Assembly (NCBI GenBank): GCA_021785355.1
Contig: JAJYFR010000003.1
Span: 21,509-85,508 of the forward strand
Source of the DNA: a bacterium
Lineage (GTDB): Bacteria; Patescibacteriota; Dojkabacteria; JAKAPS01; JAJZLI01
DNA length: 64,000 bases
Reading direction: 5' to 3'
Positions within the stretch are counted from its first letter, which is position 1. The number at the start of each line of letters is the position of its first letter. Below, one piece after another: positions 48,617 through 58,114 of the stretch. Both the position numbers and the translations under genes were made by a program. The notes below the pieces were generated by a model. The model made no database searches. It worked only from the letters and a program-made list of their open reading frames with translations, and was not told where the DNA came from.

Positions 48617-48691
48617 TTGACCTTGGCGGGATTCGAACCCGCGATTACCAGGATGAAAACCTGGTGTCCTAGTCCACTAGACGACAAGGCC
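48617..48691 (-). tRNA. tRNA-Glu (anticodon TTC).
   Basis: Reverse complement GGCCTTGTCGTCTAGTGGACTAGGACACCAGGTTTTCATCCTGGTAATCGCGGGTTCGAATCCCGCCAAGGTCA. Anticodon loop TTTTCAT. Confidence 0.8.
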
Positions 48692-48876
48692 TAAATATAA
48701 AGAGAATATAACAAATACATGTAATTTTTGCAAATAAAAAAAGTATCATTAATACAAAATGTATAGGCTTAAAGTGTGATTTATCTTTATAGATACAGTG
48801 TTCTTTGCTAATTGAGTTTTGGATAAATATATTATACAATAAATATGAATCCTAAACATATAAAGATTTAAAATAA

Positions 48877-49944
48877 ATGAAGAAACAAACTATAGAAATA
48901 TCTACCAAAACAATTTTTACAATCATAGGTATTTTCATTTTATTGTTTTTACTCATAAAAATAGCAACAATATTTATACTCATATTTATTTCTTTTATTT
49001 TAATGTCAGCAATAAATCCTGTCGTAGTTTGGTTTGAAAATAAAAAAATATCAAGAGGTCTTTCTGTTTTTATAACAATGGCTATTATAATATTTGTAAT
49101 AGTTCTGTTTTTTTTAATTACGATAACACCTTTTACTAATCAAATTAATAATATTATTCACTCTTTTTCTAATATTCCTACTAGAATAATAAATTATTTT
49201 CCTTTCTTAAAAAATCAATTTCATGTAAATGCCAATTCTTTGAAATTTAATATATCTAAATATGTATCTCAAAATGTATATAATATATTTATATCAAGTT
49301 TTAATAATCTATCAAATACAACCATATCTGTCTTCACAACAATAGGATATACAATATTAATATTTGTAATGTCAGCCTATATGTTACTGTATAAAGAGCA
49401 TTTCTATAAAACTACTTTACAAATAATACCAAAAGGTACTAGAGAACAAATAGAGAAAATAATATATGAAGTAGAGAGTCAATTAGGTGCATGGTTAAGA
49501 GGTCAATTAATAGTAAGTCTTGCAATAGGTTTACTTTTCTTTATATATTTATTTATATTAGGAAATCCATATGCACTTCCATTAGCTATATTTGCAGCAT
49601 TTGCAGAAGTTATTCCATTTGTAGGTCCTATAATATCAGGAATCGTTGCCTGTATTGTAGTGTTTCTTGTTACACCAGGATTATTAATATTTTCTATTAT
49701 ATTTGTAATTGTAATACAGCAATTAGAAGCAAACATAATAGGACCTCAAGTTATGAAAAGAATAATAGGTATAAACCCTTTAATAGTAATAATAGCTATA
49801 TTTATAGGTTCATCTCTAGATGGTCTTTTAGGTGCATTAATAGCTATTCCAATAATTACAGTCTTACAATTAGTAATATATGACATATTAGAATATAACC
49901 TATTAGATAATAATAAAAATGATCATACACTTAAAAACAATTAA
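48877..49944 (+). CDS. AI-2E family transporter (PerM/YdiK-like permease).
   Basis: 355 aa, about 8 transmembrane helices. Conserved FAEVIPFVGPIISGI motif. Confidence 0.65.
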   Translation: MKKQTIEISTKTIFTIIGIFILLFLLIKIATIFILIFISFILMSAINPVVVWFENKKISRGLSVFITMAIIIFVIVLFFLITITPFTNQINNIIHSFSNIPTRIINYFPFLKNQFHVNANSLKFNISKYVSQNVYNIFISSFNNLSNTTISVFTTIGYTILIFVMSAYMLLYKEHFYKTTLQIIPKGTREQIEKIIYEVESQLGAWLRGQLIVSLAIGLLFFIYLFILGNPYALPLAIFAAFAEVIPFVGPIISGIVACIVVFLVTPGLLIFSIIFVIVIQQLEANIIGPQVMKRIIGINPLIVIIAIFIGSSLDGLLGALIAIPIITVLQLVIYDILEYNLLDNNKNDHTLKNN

Positions 49945-50740
49945 TGGTATAAAAGTACAATGTACTGAAAATGAGAATAAATTACTCTCAAATGGTGATG
50001 ACATAAGGATTTTCAAAATACTAAATAGAGAGTTGGATCAGATGAGAAAAGTTATACTAAACGATAAATTAGTATATCCTAAACTTTTTTATACAGAATA
50101 TTTTCATATATATAAGGATGAGCACGCAAAAGTTTTCAAAGATAACAATATCAGACATGATATTACTATAATGTCTGGAAACCTTGCTGGAATAGAATTC
50201 ATGAAAACATATGGATATTATCATGAAATATTAGAAGGTAATTACAGTGCTCCTGAAATTATAGAAATATTACATGGTAGCGGTATTATATTATTACAAA
50301 AGCCAAAGATAATATCTCAAGATGCAAAAAATATAGAAGATATGTATGATTTTGGTCATATTACGGACTTTTCTATATTTAAAGTTAAAACAGGTGATGT
50401 ATTTGTAATACCACCTCATTATGGTCATATAATAATAAATCAAAGACCTACTGCAATGGTATTTTCATCATTGATATCTTCTAGGGCTAAAAGTATATAT
50501 AAAGGAATACATGATTATAAGGGAGGTGCATATTACATAATAAAAAAGAATGCTAAACAAGTTTTTGTACAGAATCCAAATTATAAATATGTACCTAAGA
50601 TAAAAAAACAGAAAAAATGGTCATACAATAATTTAATTGATGGAAAAAAAATATCTACATATTCTCATTTTATAAATAATCCTAAAGAATACTCTTGGAT
50701 AAATCATCCTGATTCAGTTAAATGGGAAAATTTTGCTTAA
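49919..50740 (+). CDS. Cupin-fold protein, possibly cupin-type glucose-6-phosphate isomerase-like (weak call).
   Basis: TYGYYHEILEG...VIPPHYGHIIIN resembles the metal-binding His/Glu motifs of archaeal-type cupin phosphoglucose isomerase. 273 aa. Confidence 0.3.
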   Translation: MIIHLKTINGIKVQCTENENKLLSNGDDIRIFKILNRELDQMRKVILNDKLVYPKLFYTEYFHIYKDEHAKVFKDNNIRHDITIMSGNLAGIEFMKTYGYYHEILEGNYSAPEIIEILHGSGIILLQKPKIISQDAKNIEDMYDFGHITDFSIFKVKTGDVFVIPPHYGHIIINQRPTAMVFSSLISSRAKSIYKGIHDYKGGAYYIIKKNAKQVFVQNPNYKYVPKIKKQKKWSYNNLIDGKKISTYSHFINNPKEYSWINHPDSVKWENFA

Positions 50741-50743
50741 AAA

Positions 50744-50825
50744 TGCCTGGAAAAGGATTTGAACCTTCACGCTAAAAATAGCACTAGCTCCTAAGGCTAG
50801 CGTGTCTACCATTTCACCATCCAGG
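50744..50825 (-). tRNA. tRNA-Leu (anticodon TAG), class II.
   Basis: Reverse complement GCCTGGATGGTGAAATGGTAGACACGCTAGCCTTAGGAGCTAGTGCTATTTTTAGCGTGAAGGTTCAAATCCTTTTCCAGGCA. Anticodon loop CTTAGGA. Confidence 0.8.
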
Positions 50826-50826
50826 C

Positions 50827-51621
50827 TTATAATTGATTTATATAAGATTGAACCTCAGATGCCCAACCTGGATTAGGAGGACAATATATAGGTTGCATTA
50901 CATAAGGAGATTCATTTCCATAAGAAGATGATATACCTTGTGCTATTGATTGAATAGCTACAGGCCATGAACCAAAGCTTGCAAATCCACCAAAATTATA
51001 ACTACCTCCTGTCCATCCCCATGCATTATATGAAAGCACTCCAGAAGTTGATTGAGGTATAACTCTTCCAAATCCTGACTCTACTCCAGATATAGCAACT
51101 AATACTTTCCAATCTATATTATACATTTTAGCATACTTTACAAAATCTGACGCATATGGAGCCATAGGAGAGTTATGCGCTACTAAAAAATTATAAAGTA
51201 TTGTTACTGATGCATCTTGAGTTGAAGTTATCTGTCCAGAAACCAAATTGTCTCTAGAAGGTGCAACTTCTGCTAAAACTCTAGCTTTATATATATTCGG
51301 ATTTATAAGTTTAACACCTGCAATCTTATTTAGATTATCTATATTATTATTTTTTATAATTCTAACATTTTCTGCCATTACAACACCTTTTGAAAAAGTA
51401 TTACTTTCTATAATAGCATTTAAAGGTTTTTTAAAAATAAAAAAAGATAATACTATTACAAAGGTGAAAATAGATATAAAAATAATAAGATTCTTTTTGT
51501 TTACAAATTTTGACTCTTTTTTATCATTCTTTATATTATTAATATAAGAGGATAATTTTCCAGAATCATCTAAAAAGTTCATATATAAATATATATTATA
51601 TTGTTTATAAATAAAAATCAA
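50827..51621 (-). CDS. Membrane-anchored putative peptidoglycan hydrolase (glucosaminidase/FlgJ-like domain; weak call).
   Basis: N-terminal transmembrane helix. C-terminal region VLVAISGVESGFGRV...NAWGW resembles the ALESGWG glucosaminidase motif. Confidence 0.3.
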   Translation of the reverse strand: MIFIYKQYNIYLYMNFLDDSGKLSSYINNIKNDKKESKFVNKKNLIIFISIFTFVIVLSFFIFKKPLNAIIESNTFSKGVVMAENVRIIKNNNIDNLNKIAGVKLINPNIYKARVLAEVAPSRDNLVSGQITSTQDASVTILYNFLVAHNSPMAPYASDFVKYAKMYNIDWKVLVAISGVESGFGRVIPQSTSGVLSYNAWGWTGGSYNFGGFASFGSWPVAIQSIAQGISSSYGNESPYVMQPIYCPPNPGWASEVQSYINQL

Positions 51622-52958
51622 ATGGCTTTAGACACAGATGAAAGATTAAAATCTTTAACATATACATATGGAGCTACAACATTCAAAGCACTCTCTCCTC
51701 CAAATTCACGAGGAAGTGTTAAATATGACGCTGAAAGCTTTAATATGTTTTCTAAAACCTTTATAGGAGATTGATTAAATCTAAAATTATTTATTGAATT
51801 TATTATCTTTCCATTTTTAACTGTATATACTCCATCTCTTGTAAGACCAGTCAGTAAACCTGTTATTGGATCAACTTCTCTTATATACCATAAATTATTA
51901 ATATACAATGCATCATCTATATCTTTTATAAATTCTTCAAATGTCAAAGATGAACCTTTTAATATAAGGTTTGAAGGTGGATATATATTTTCTGTATTTT
52001 TCATTTTATCATCGAAAAATCTATTCGATATCAAAGATTTTAATACTCCATCCTTTATTAAATACTCTTTTTTCAAAGACAAACCTAAATCAAATTTATG
52101 ATTCACTGAACTTTGATTAAATAATAGAAACGGTATAGACTTCATTTCTTTTAGGTTAGGATCTGTATATAAAGTTATATAATCTGGGAATATTTTTTCT
52201 CTTTTTAATGAAGAGAAAGGACTTTTACCTTCACATGCATCTTGAAATGACATGAAATACAGTAAATATAAAAGCATATCAGATAAAGCAGATGGAGATA
52301 AAATTACATTATATCTACCTTCTTTCTGAGATTTTATAATCTTTGTATTTTTAAAATCATTCAAAAGAATATTATACAGTCTCTCTAATTCATCTTTCTT
52401 ATAAAAACTAGACACACTTCCCTGCCATACAGATCTTTTAATATCCATATCCTTTATATTCATTGAATAATTAAATTCTTGCAAAAAAGATCTTTTATAT
52501 AATTTTTCTGAATTAAAAAGAGTAATATCTAGAAAACTACCAGTTATATATCCAAAAACCCTTAAAGATGGATCTTTTGAGAAAATATTAAAAAGTTTCT
52601 TTTCTATATCTGATAGAATAAATTCAAAATTAGGACTTTCAATTTCTTTTTCATCTAAATATTCATCTGAAACTAAAGGATAGTAATCTTCAGAGACTAG
52701 AGAAAAAGAAGCTTGATTATATGAATTTTTTATACACTCAAGAATTCCTTCTTTTGATATATCTGATGTACTAGAACTTCCTACTTTTTTATCTATAATT
52801 GTAGTTATAGATAAATCATAAGAATCTCCAACTCCATTAGAGATTATTTTATTGTCTGAAAACCTAACATTAAAACCTTGAGATCTGGATACAATAACAT
52901 AATATTCAGAGGATTTTATATTATCTTTTATAAATTGTTCAATTTCTTTAATTTTCAT
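51618..52958 (-). CDS. PmbA/TldE-family protein (the TldD partner).
   Basis: 446-aa TldD/PmbA-fold protein without the HExxxH motif, directly downstream of and overlapping the TldD-like gene. Confidence 0.55.
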   Translation of the reverse strand: MKIKEIEQFIKDNIKSSEYYVIVSRSQGFNVRFSDNKIISNGVGDSYDLSITTIIDKKVGSSSTSDISKEGILECIKNSYNQASFSLVSEDYYPLVSDEYLDEKEIESPNFEFILSDIEKKLFNIFSKDPSLRVFGYITGSFLDITLFNSEKLYKRSFLQEFNYSMNIKDMDIKRSVWQGSVSSFYKKDELERLYNILLNDFKNTKIIKSQKEGRYNVILSPSALSDMLLYLLYFMSFQDACEGKSPFSSLKREKIFPDYITLYTDPNLKEMKSIPFLLFNQSSVNHKFDLGLSLKKEYLIKDGVLKSLISNRFFDDKMKNTENIYPPSNLILKGSSLTFEEFIKDIDDALYINNLWYIREVDPITGLLTGLTRDGVYTVKNGKIINSINNFRFNQSPIKVLENILKLSASYLTLPREFGGESALNVVAPYVYVKDFNLSSVSKAI

Positions 52959-54408
52959 TCTGTGTATTTTTTATATTTATATCTTTAAATAATGCTAAAG
53001 GAGCTCCATGAGATACAGCTGCAACTTGTGATGGTTGTCCTTTTCCACAATTAAATGCACCTTCTAAAGAATATGTACTCTCTCCACCTACTTCAATACA
53101 ATTTTTCCAAAAATCCTGAGTATTTGACTGATAAATAACATCTTTAAGCATACCCTTAATCTCTCCTCCAGAAACCTCATAAAACAGATTCCCTGTAAAC
53201 TGAAAGTTATATCTTTGCATATCTATACTCCAACTACTATCTCCTACAATATATATTCCATCTTCACACAAAGATAACATATCTTTTAATTTTAAATCTT
53301 TATCTTTATTAGGAAGTAATGATATATTTGGCATTCTTTGTAATGGAAATGAACTGTATGAATCTGCATAAGAACACGCTTTTGATTTTTTTTCTCCTGC
53401 AAGAATAGCTATTTCTCGATTAGACTGTAATCCTGTAAGAACACCATTTTTTATAATATCAAACTCATATGTTTTGACACCTTCATCATCATACATAACA
53501 GTAGAAAGTCCATCTTTTTGAGATCTATCTGCGACTATATTTACCTTCTCAGATCCATAAATAAGATCTCCTATTTGATCTATAGATGCAAAAGAACTTC
53601 CTGCATAGTTTGCCTCATATAAAAGTACTCTATCCATCTCTGTAGAATGTCCAATTGTTTCATGTATAGTTAACCATAAATTTGAAGGATCTATTAAAAG
53701 ATTATATTTTTGAGGAATTACACTTTTAGCTTTTGATTTTTCATTAATTTGTTCATTATATTTTAGAATTTCGTTTCTAAAATTCATATTTTTAATATAT
53801 TCAAAACCTTTAGCAGTGGGATGAGTATTTGATTTTAAAACAGTCAATTCTGGCTTCAATTTATACATACTAAAACTAGGATCTATTCTTGTTCTTTCTT
53901 GATAAATTCTACTTCCTGAAGAATTCATATATAATTTCTTTTCTCTGTGTGCTAAAAACATAAAATCAGAAAAATCTATATTTTTAGATTTCAAAATTTC
54001 ATTTTGGATATCTTTTATAAAGTTTATTTTTTCATTTAAAGGTACATCAAATGGATTAATTGCAACATCCTGTATATACTCATCTGTATATACCTCCTCT
54101 TCTGTAAGAGAAACCTTTCCTTCTTCTAAATTTTCAACAATACTCATAGCTTTAAGAAAAACTTTCTGGACTTCATTCTCAGATATAACACTACTAGAAG
54201 CAAAACCCCAATTTCCTCTATATAATACTCTTATGGAAAAGCCTTTCTCTATAGAATTATCTATATATTCTGGATTTAAATTTTTAAAAATAATATATTC
54301 TGACTGATCTTCTTGAAATCTAATTTCCAGAAAATCAACTCTTGATATGAGATTAGAGTTGAGTAATTTATTCGCATATTGTATATATTTATCTTTATCA
54401 AAAAACAT
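52948..54408 (-). CDS. TldD-family metallopeptidase.
   Basis: 486 aa. HETIGHSTEMDRV matches the TldD HExxxH zinc motif. C-terminal Gly-rich region. Confidence 0.65.
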   Translation of the reverse strand: MFFDKDKYIQYANKLLNSNLISRVDFLEIRFQEDQSEYIIFKNLNPEYIDNSIEKGFSIRVLYRGNWGFASSSVISENEVQKVFLKAMSIVENLEEGKVSLTEEEVYTDEYIQDVAINPFDVPLNEKINFIKDIQNEILKSKNIDFSDFMFLAHREKKLYMNSSGSRIYQERTRIDPSFSMYKLKPELTVLKSNTHPTAKGFEYIKNMNFRNEILKYNEQINEKSKAKSVIPQKYNLLIDPSNLWLTIHETIGHSTEMDRVLLYEANYAGSSFASIDQIGDLIYGSEKVNIVADRSQKDGLSTVMYDDEGVKTYEFDIIKNGVLTGLQSNREIAILAGEKKSKACSYADSYSSFPLQRMPNISLLPNKDKDLKLKDMLSLCEDGIYIVGDSSWSIDMQRYNFQFTGNLFYEVSGGEIKGMLKDVIYQSNTQDFWKNCIEVGGESTYSLEGAFNCGKGQPSQVAAVSHGAPLALFKDINIKNTQNEN

Positions 54409-54419
54409 ATATTAAAAAT

Positions 54420-54492
54420 AGCAGAAGACGGGGCTCGAACCCGCGACAACTAGTTTGGAAAACTAGTACTCTACCAACTGAGTTACTTCTGC
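54420..54492 (-). tRNA. tRNA-Gly (anticodon TCC).
   Basis: Reverse complement GCAGAAGTAACTCAGTTGGTAGAGTACTAGTTTTCCAAACTAGTTGTCGCGGGTTCGAGCCCCGTCTTCTGCT. Anticodon loop TTTCCAA, U73 discriminator. Confidence 0.75.
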
Positions 54493-54535
54493 ATAATTAC
54501 TTATATTATATCAAAAAGTAGTACTTATGAAAAAT

Positions 54536-55057
54536 TTATTTACACTTTACAAATTGGTTATAGAGTTTTAATGAATTTATAATATGATCAAATACAGCAA
54601 TTTTGTATATACTCTCATAGTTAAGAATTATATTAAAATTAGAAGCATAAAAACTAACTCCTTTACTATTCACATTTTCTACACCTGTGTATCCTGCAAT
54701 AACAGTATTTGCGCCTTTATCTTTAGAAATATTTTGACAAGATAGATATGTATTTATAGTAACATTATATTTCTGCAAGCCAAATTCTGCAATTTCAGAA
54801 TTTGTAAGTTGTGCTACATTTATAGCCTTCCATCCTTGAGGATAACTAAAACTAAAAGATTTAGAATTAGAGTATGTTCCATTAAATGTTGAATATTTAA
54901 TATTTACTGCAGTACTCGTTGAAACAACATTACCTGTATAGGCTGGTGTATTTTGAGAATTTAAAGATTGAAGTTCCTCTGCATAAATAGTCGTTATGTA
55001 AAGAAAACCTATCAAAATTAAAGAAAATAAAATAATAAATAGTACTTTAGATTTCAT
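54536..55057 (-). CDS. Secreted hypothetical protein.
   Basis: 173 aa with an N-terminal signal/transmembrane segment; no motif. Confidence 0.3.
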   Translation of the reverse strand: MKSKVLFIILFSLILIGFLYITTIYAEELQSLNSQNTPAYTGNVVSTSTAVNIKYSTFNGTYSNSKSFSFSYPQGWKAINVAQLTNSEIAEFGLQKYNVTINTYLSCQNISKDKGANTVIAGYTGVENVNSKGVSFYASNFNIILNYESIYKIAVFDHIINSLKLYNQFVKCK

Positions 55058-55147
55058 ATAAATATATCATATATCTTTTTGTATATTTCATCAAGTATAA
55101 AAAAAGGAGATTTCTCTCCTTTTTTTATATACTTTATATGTTTGTAT

Positions 55148-57445
55148 TTAAAATACTAACATTGATACTCCTAAAGTCATAATTACAATCCCTGCAATTA
55201 TTAATATATTAATAGGTGCATTACCTGAAGTTTGAGGTAATGATTGTTGTACAACAGGAGTTACAGGTACTTTAGGTATACAGTTACTTGAGACTTGAGA
55301 AGATGTAGTAACATTGAATTTTTGACCAGAAGAATTCTCTATCCATCCTACAACAGTATAAGAATCCTGACCATTAGCTCCTTGCCAAATATATTGACCT
55401 AATACTGATGGGGTCTGAGGTATTAAATATACTTGAGTACCTGTAGTAACATCATTTATATAACCATAAAAGTTATCTGTTGATGTAACATTTTGAGCCT
55501 GCCAAGTAATAGACAAATTATTTGTTGTATTATTTTCACAAGCAAGTGAGATAGAAGACATCAAAGGTACCTTAGGTGTCAAACAATTACTAATACTTGC
55601 AGAAGAGGTTGTCATTACATTACTTGTACCATTATCACCTTTAATATAACCTGATACTGTATAAGCATCTGTTGAGTTGACTGCATTCCAATTATAGCTA
55701 TTATTTGCTATTGGAGATGAAAATGTTGCAATATTATTAGTATTTGTAGTTACATCATTAACTGTACCATAGAATAAATCTGTGCTATCAGTTGTTGTAT
55801 TATTATAAGTCCAATTAACATTTAAATTATTAGAACCAGTAACACAGCTTAATGTTACTGTTTGTAATACAGGAACTTTCATATGAGTTGTACAGTTATA
55901 AAAGCTAACACTAGATGATTTTTCAGATATAACACTGCCTGAATTTGTTAATATTACAGTTGCAATATAGTTATCTTGATTATTTTCTAAACTTGTAACA
56001 AAAGAGTTTTCAGAACCATTAAATGTTGATTGATAAGAGCTTACACTCTGTTGAGGAATTGTATATACACTCTGATTACTTGTTGTATCTGTTACATTTC
56101 CTGTAATAGTACTTCCTCCATTAAGATTTGTACCTGTCCAAGAAACTCCTGTACAACCTAATGATACGCTTAGTGTAGGTGTAAAATTCAAACAATTAGA
56201 ATATATAACACTACCTGAATTTGCACTCACTACTTGACCATTACTAGAAAGTGACATATTTGCAGTATAAGAAAGACCTGACTGACCATACTCTAAAGTT
56301 TTTACAAAAGAACTATCTGATCCTTGTGCTTGATTCTGAGTATTAATACTTGCAACTACTTGATTTTGAGCATTTATAATATTCCCACTAACTGTAGGTG
56401 AAGTTGCATTTGTACTTGTCCAAGAAACTCCTGTACATGAAAGATTCACACTAAGTGTAGGAGTATGATTCGAACATGAGTAGAAATTAAACGGAGAAGA
56501 TTGTACGGTACTAGAAGACCCATTATCCGACACCTCCATATATGCTTCATAATTAATATTATTATTTAAAAGACTTGATACGAATGAACTATCAGGATTT
56601 GTTTGTGTATCAATATTCAATACAGCCTGATTAGTTTGTGTATTTACTATTGTTCCTGTTACTACAGCATTTGAATCTGTATTTGCTGTAGACCAAGAAG
56701 CTCCTTGACAATTTAGTGTAACACTTATTGTAGGTGCTGCAGGAGTAACTACAATAGTATAGGTAGGTACAGAAGTACCATTTAAAACATTTATAGTATT
56801 AGTACTAGGAGATGCTGTCCATCCTTGAGGTAGACCTCCTAATGTATATGTTATAGGAGAAAATGCACAATCTATAAGTTGATAATATTCTAAAGTAACT
56901 TGACTAGAACTAGACTGAGTTCTTGTTATATTACCAGCTAAACTTGAGCATGATGTGCCTGAAGGACATGTAAATATACGTCCTGTAGATCCAGCACTTC
57001 CACCTCCAACGTTAATAGAACCAAATGTTTGAAAAGTTGTAGGTGCTTGTCCAGTCTGGCTATGATATGCATCTATTTGTTGAGGAGAAATATATTGTCC
57101 TTGTGAGAAACTAGATGATTGTTCAAAAACATCTTGTAAATTATTATTGTATCCTGAATTCCAAGGAATACCATTATCCCATCCATTAGAACAAGGAGAT
57201 GTTTGCAATGACAATCCTAAATTTGATGGTAAAGGAACAGAAGCACTAGATGATTTCACTATTATTGCAACAGATGCAAAATATGAAGTACTACCATTAA
57301 AATTACATACAGGCGCTGCATGAAGACCACTCGAATTTCCATTAAAAAACGGAAAAGAAGCTATAACAGCTAGAAATATAATATTTAGAGTTATAAATAT
57401 AGTTATGATTAAATGACTATATTTTATTTTGAATTTTTTTAACAT
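55148..57445 (-). CDS. Large Ser/Thr/Asn-rich repetitive surface protein with an LPxTG-like sortase signal.
   Basis: 765 aa with a signal peptide. Repeated ~90-aa modules (PTLSVNLSCTGVSWTSTN, PTLSVSLGCTGVSWTGTN, SxSNC...). C-terminus LPQTSGNAP, then a hydrophobic helix, then the end. Confidence 0.55.
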   Translation of the reverse strand: MLKKFKIKYSHLIITIFITLNIIFLAVIASFPFFNGNSSGLHAAPVCNFNGSTSYFASVAIIVKSSSASVPLPSNLGLSLQTSPCSNGWDNGIPWNSGYNNNLQDVFEQSSSFSQGQYISPQQIDAYHSQTGQAPTTFQTFGSINVGGGSAGSTGRIFTCPSGTSCSSLAGNITRTQSSSSQVTLEYYQLIDCAFSPITYTLGGLPQGWTASPSTNTINVLNGTSVPTYTIVVTPAAPTISVTLNCQGASWSTANTDSNAVVTGTIVNTQTNQAVLNIDTQTNPDSSFVSSLLNNNINYEAYMEVSDNGSSSTVQSSPFNFYSCSNHTPTLSVNLSCTGVSWTSTNATSPTVSGNIINAQNQVVASINTQNQAQGSDSSFVKTLEYGQSGLSYTANMSLSSNGQVVSANSGSVIYSNCLNFTPTLSVSLGCTGVSWTGTNLNGGSTITGNVTDTTSNQSVYTIPQQSVSSYQSTFNGSENSFVTSLENNQDNYIATVILTNSGSVISEKSSSVSFYNCTTHMKVPVLQTVTLSCVTGSNNLNVNWTYNNTTTDSTDLFYGTVNDVTTNTNNIATFSSPIANNSYNWNAVNSTDAYTVSGYIKGDNGTSNVMTTSSASISNCLTPKVPLMSSISLACENNTTNNLSITWQAQNVTSTDNFYGYINDVTTGTQVYLIPQTPSVLGQYIWQGANGQDSYTVVGWIENSSGQKFNVTTSSQVSSNCIPKVPVTPVVQQSLPQTSGNAPINILIIAGIVIMTLGVSMLVF

Positions 57446-57568
57446 AAATATTTAAATATAAATTATAGCAAGATTATATACCCATCCTATAGAAAAAGCA
57501 AACTTATACCATATATGTATATGATGTTTCCTATATTCTTCATATAATTATGTGATAATATAAAATAT

Positions 57569-58114
57569 ATGATACTTATAAATTTCAATAACATTAAAGT
57601 ATTAAGTAGCGCTGAATCTTTTCTATATAAAATAAAAGAAAAGATGGATGATGATGTTATTATATTTCCTCATATTCTTGATACTAAAGATTTCAAAAAC
57701 AAATTTAATTATAAAACAGGAGTAACTATTACAAATGGATTAGATATATCTACTATAAAGAATTTAGAGATACGTTTTGCTCTGATAAATACAGAACTTT
57801 CTCGGTGTGGATTTAATCAAACATTTGAAATTATAAAACAATGTTTAGATTATAATATAAGAAGTTTTATATACAGCTATTCTCCTGAAGAATTTTTAAA
57901 ATTAAAGTCATTAGATGGAGAATACTCAATAATTAAATTAAATGAGCTAAAAGATATATTAAAATATAGTATTGGAATAAATGATAAAGTTGTTGTAGAC
58001 TATAATATTAGAAGTTATAAAGATATAGATTATTTAACAAAAATAGGTATAAATAATTTTATAATAAAACCATATATAAAAGATTTCAATTTATTAAAGA
58101 ATTACTATGATTAA
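57569..58114 (+). CDS. Hypothetical protein.
   Basis: 181-aa ORF overlapping the ALDH start; no motif. Confidence 0.3.
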   Translation: MILINFNNIKVLSSAESFLYKIKEKMDDDVIIFPHILDTKDFKNKFNYKTGVTITNGLDISTIKNLEIRFALINTELSRCGFNQTFEIIKQCLDYNIRSFIYSYSPEEFLKLKSLDGEYSIIKLNELKDILKYSIGINDKVVVDYNIRSYKDIDYLTKIGINNFIIKPYIKDFNLLKNYYD

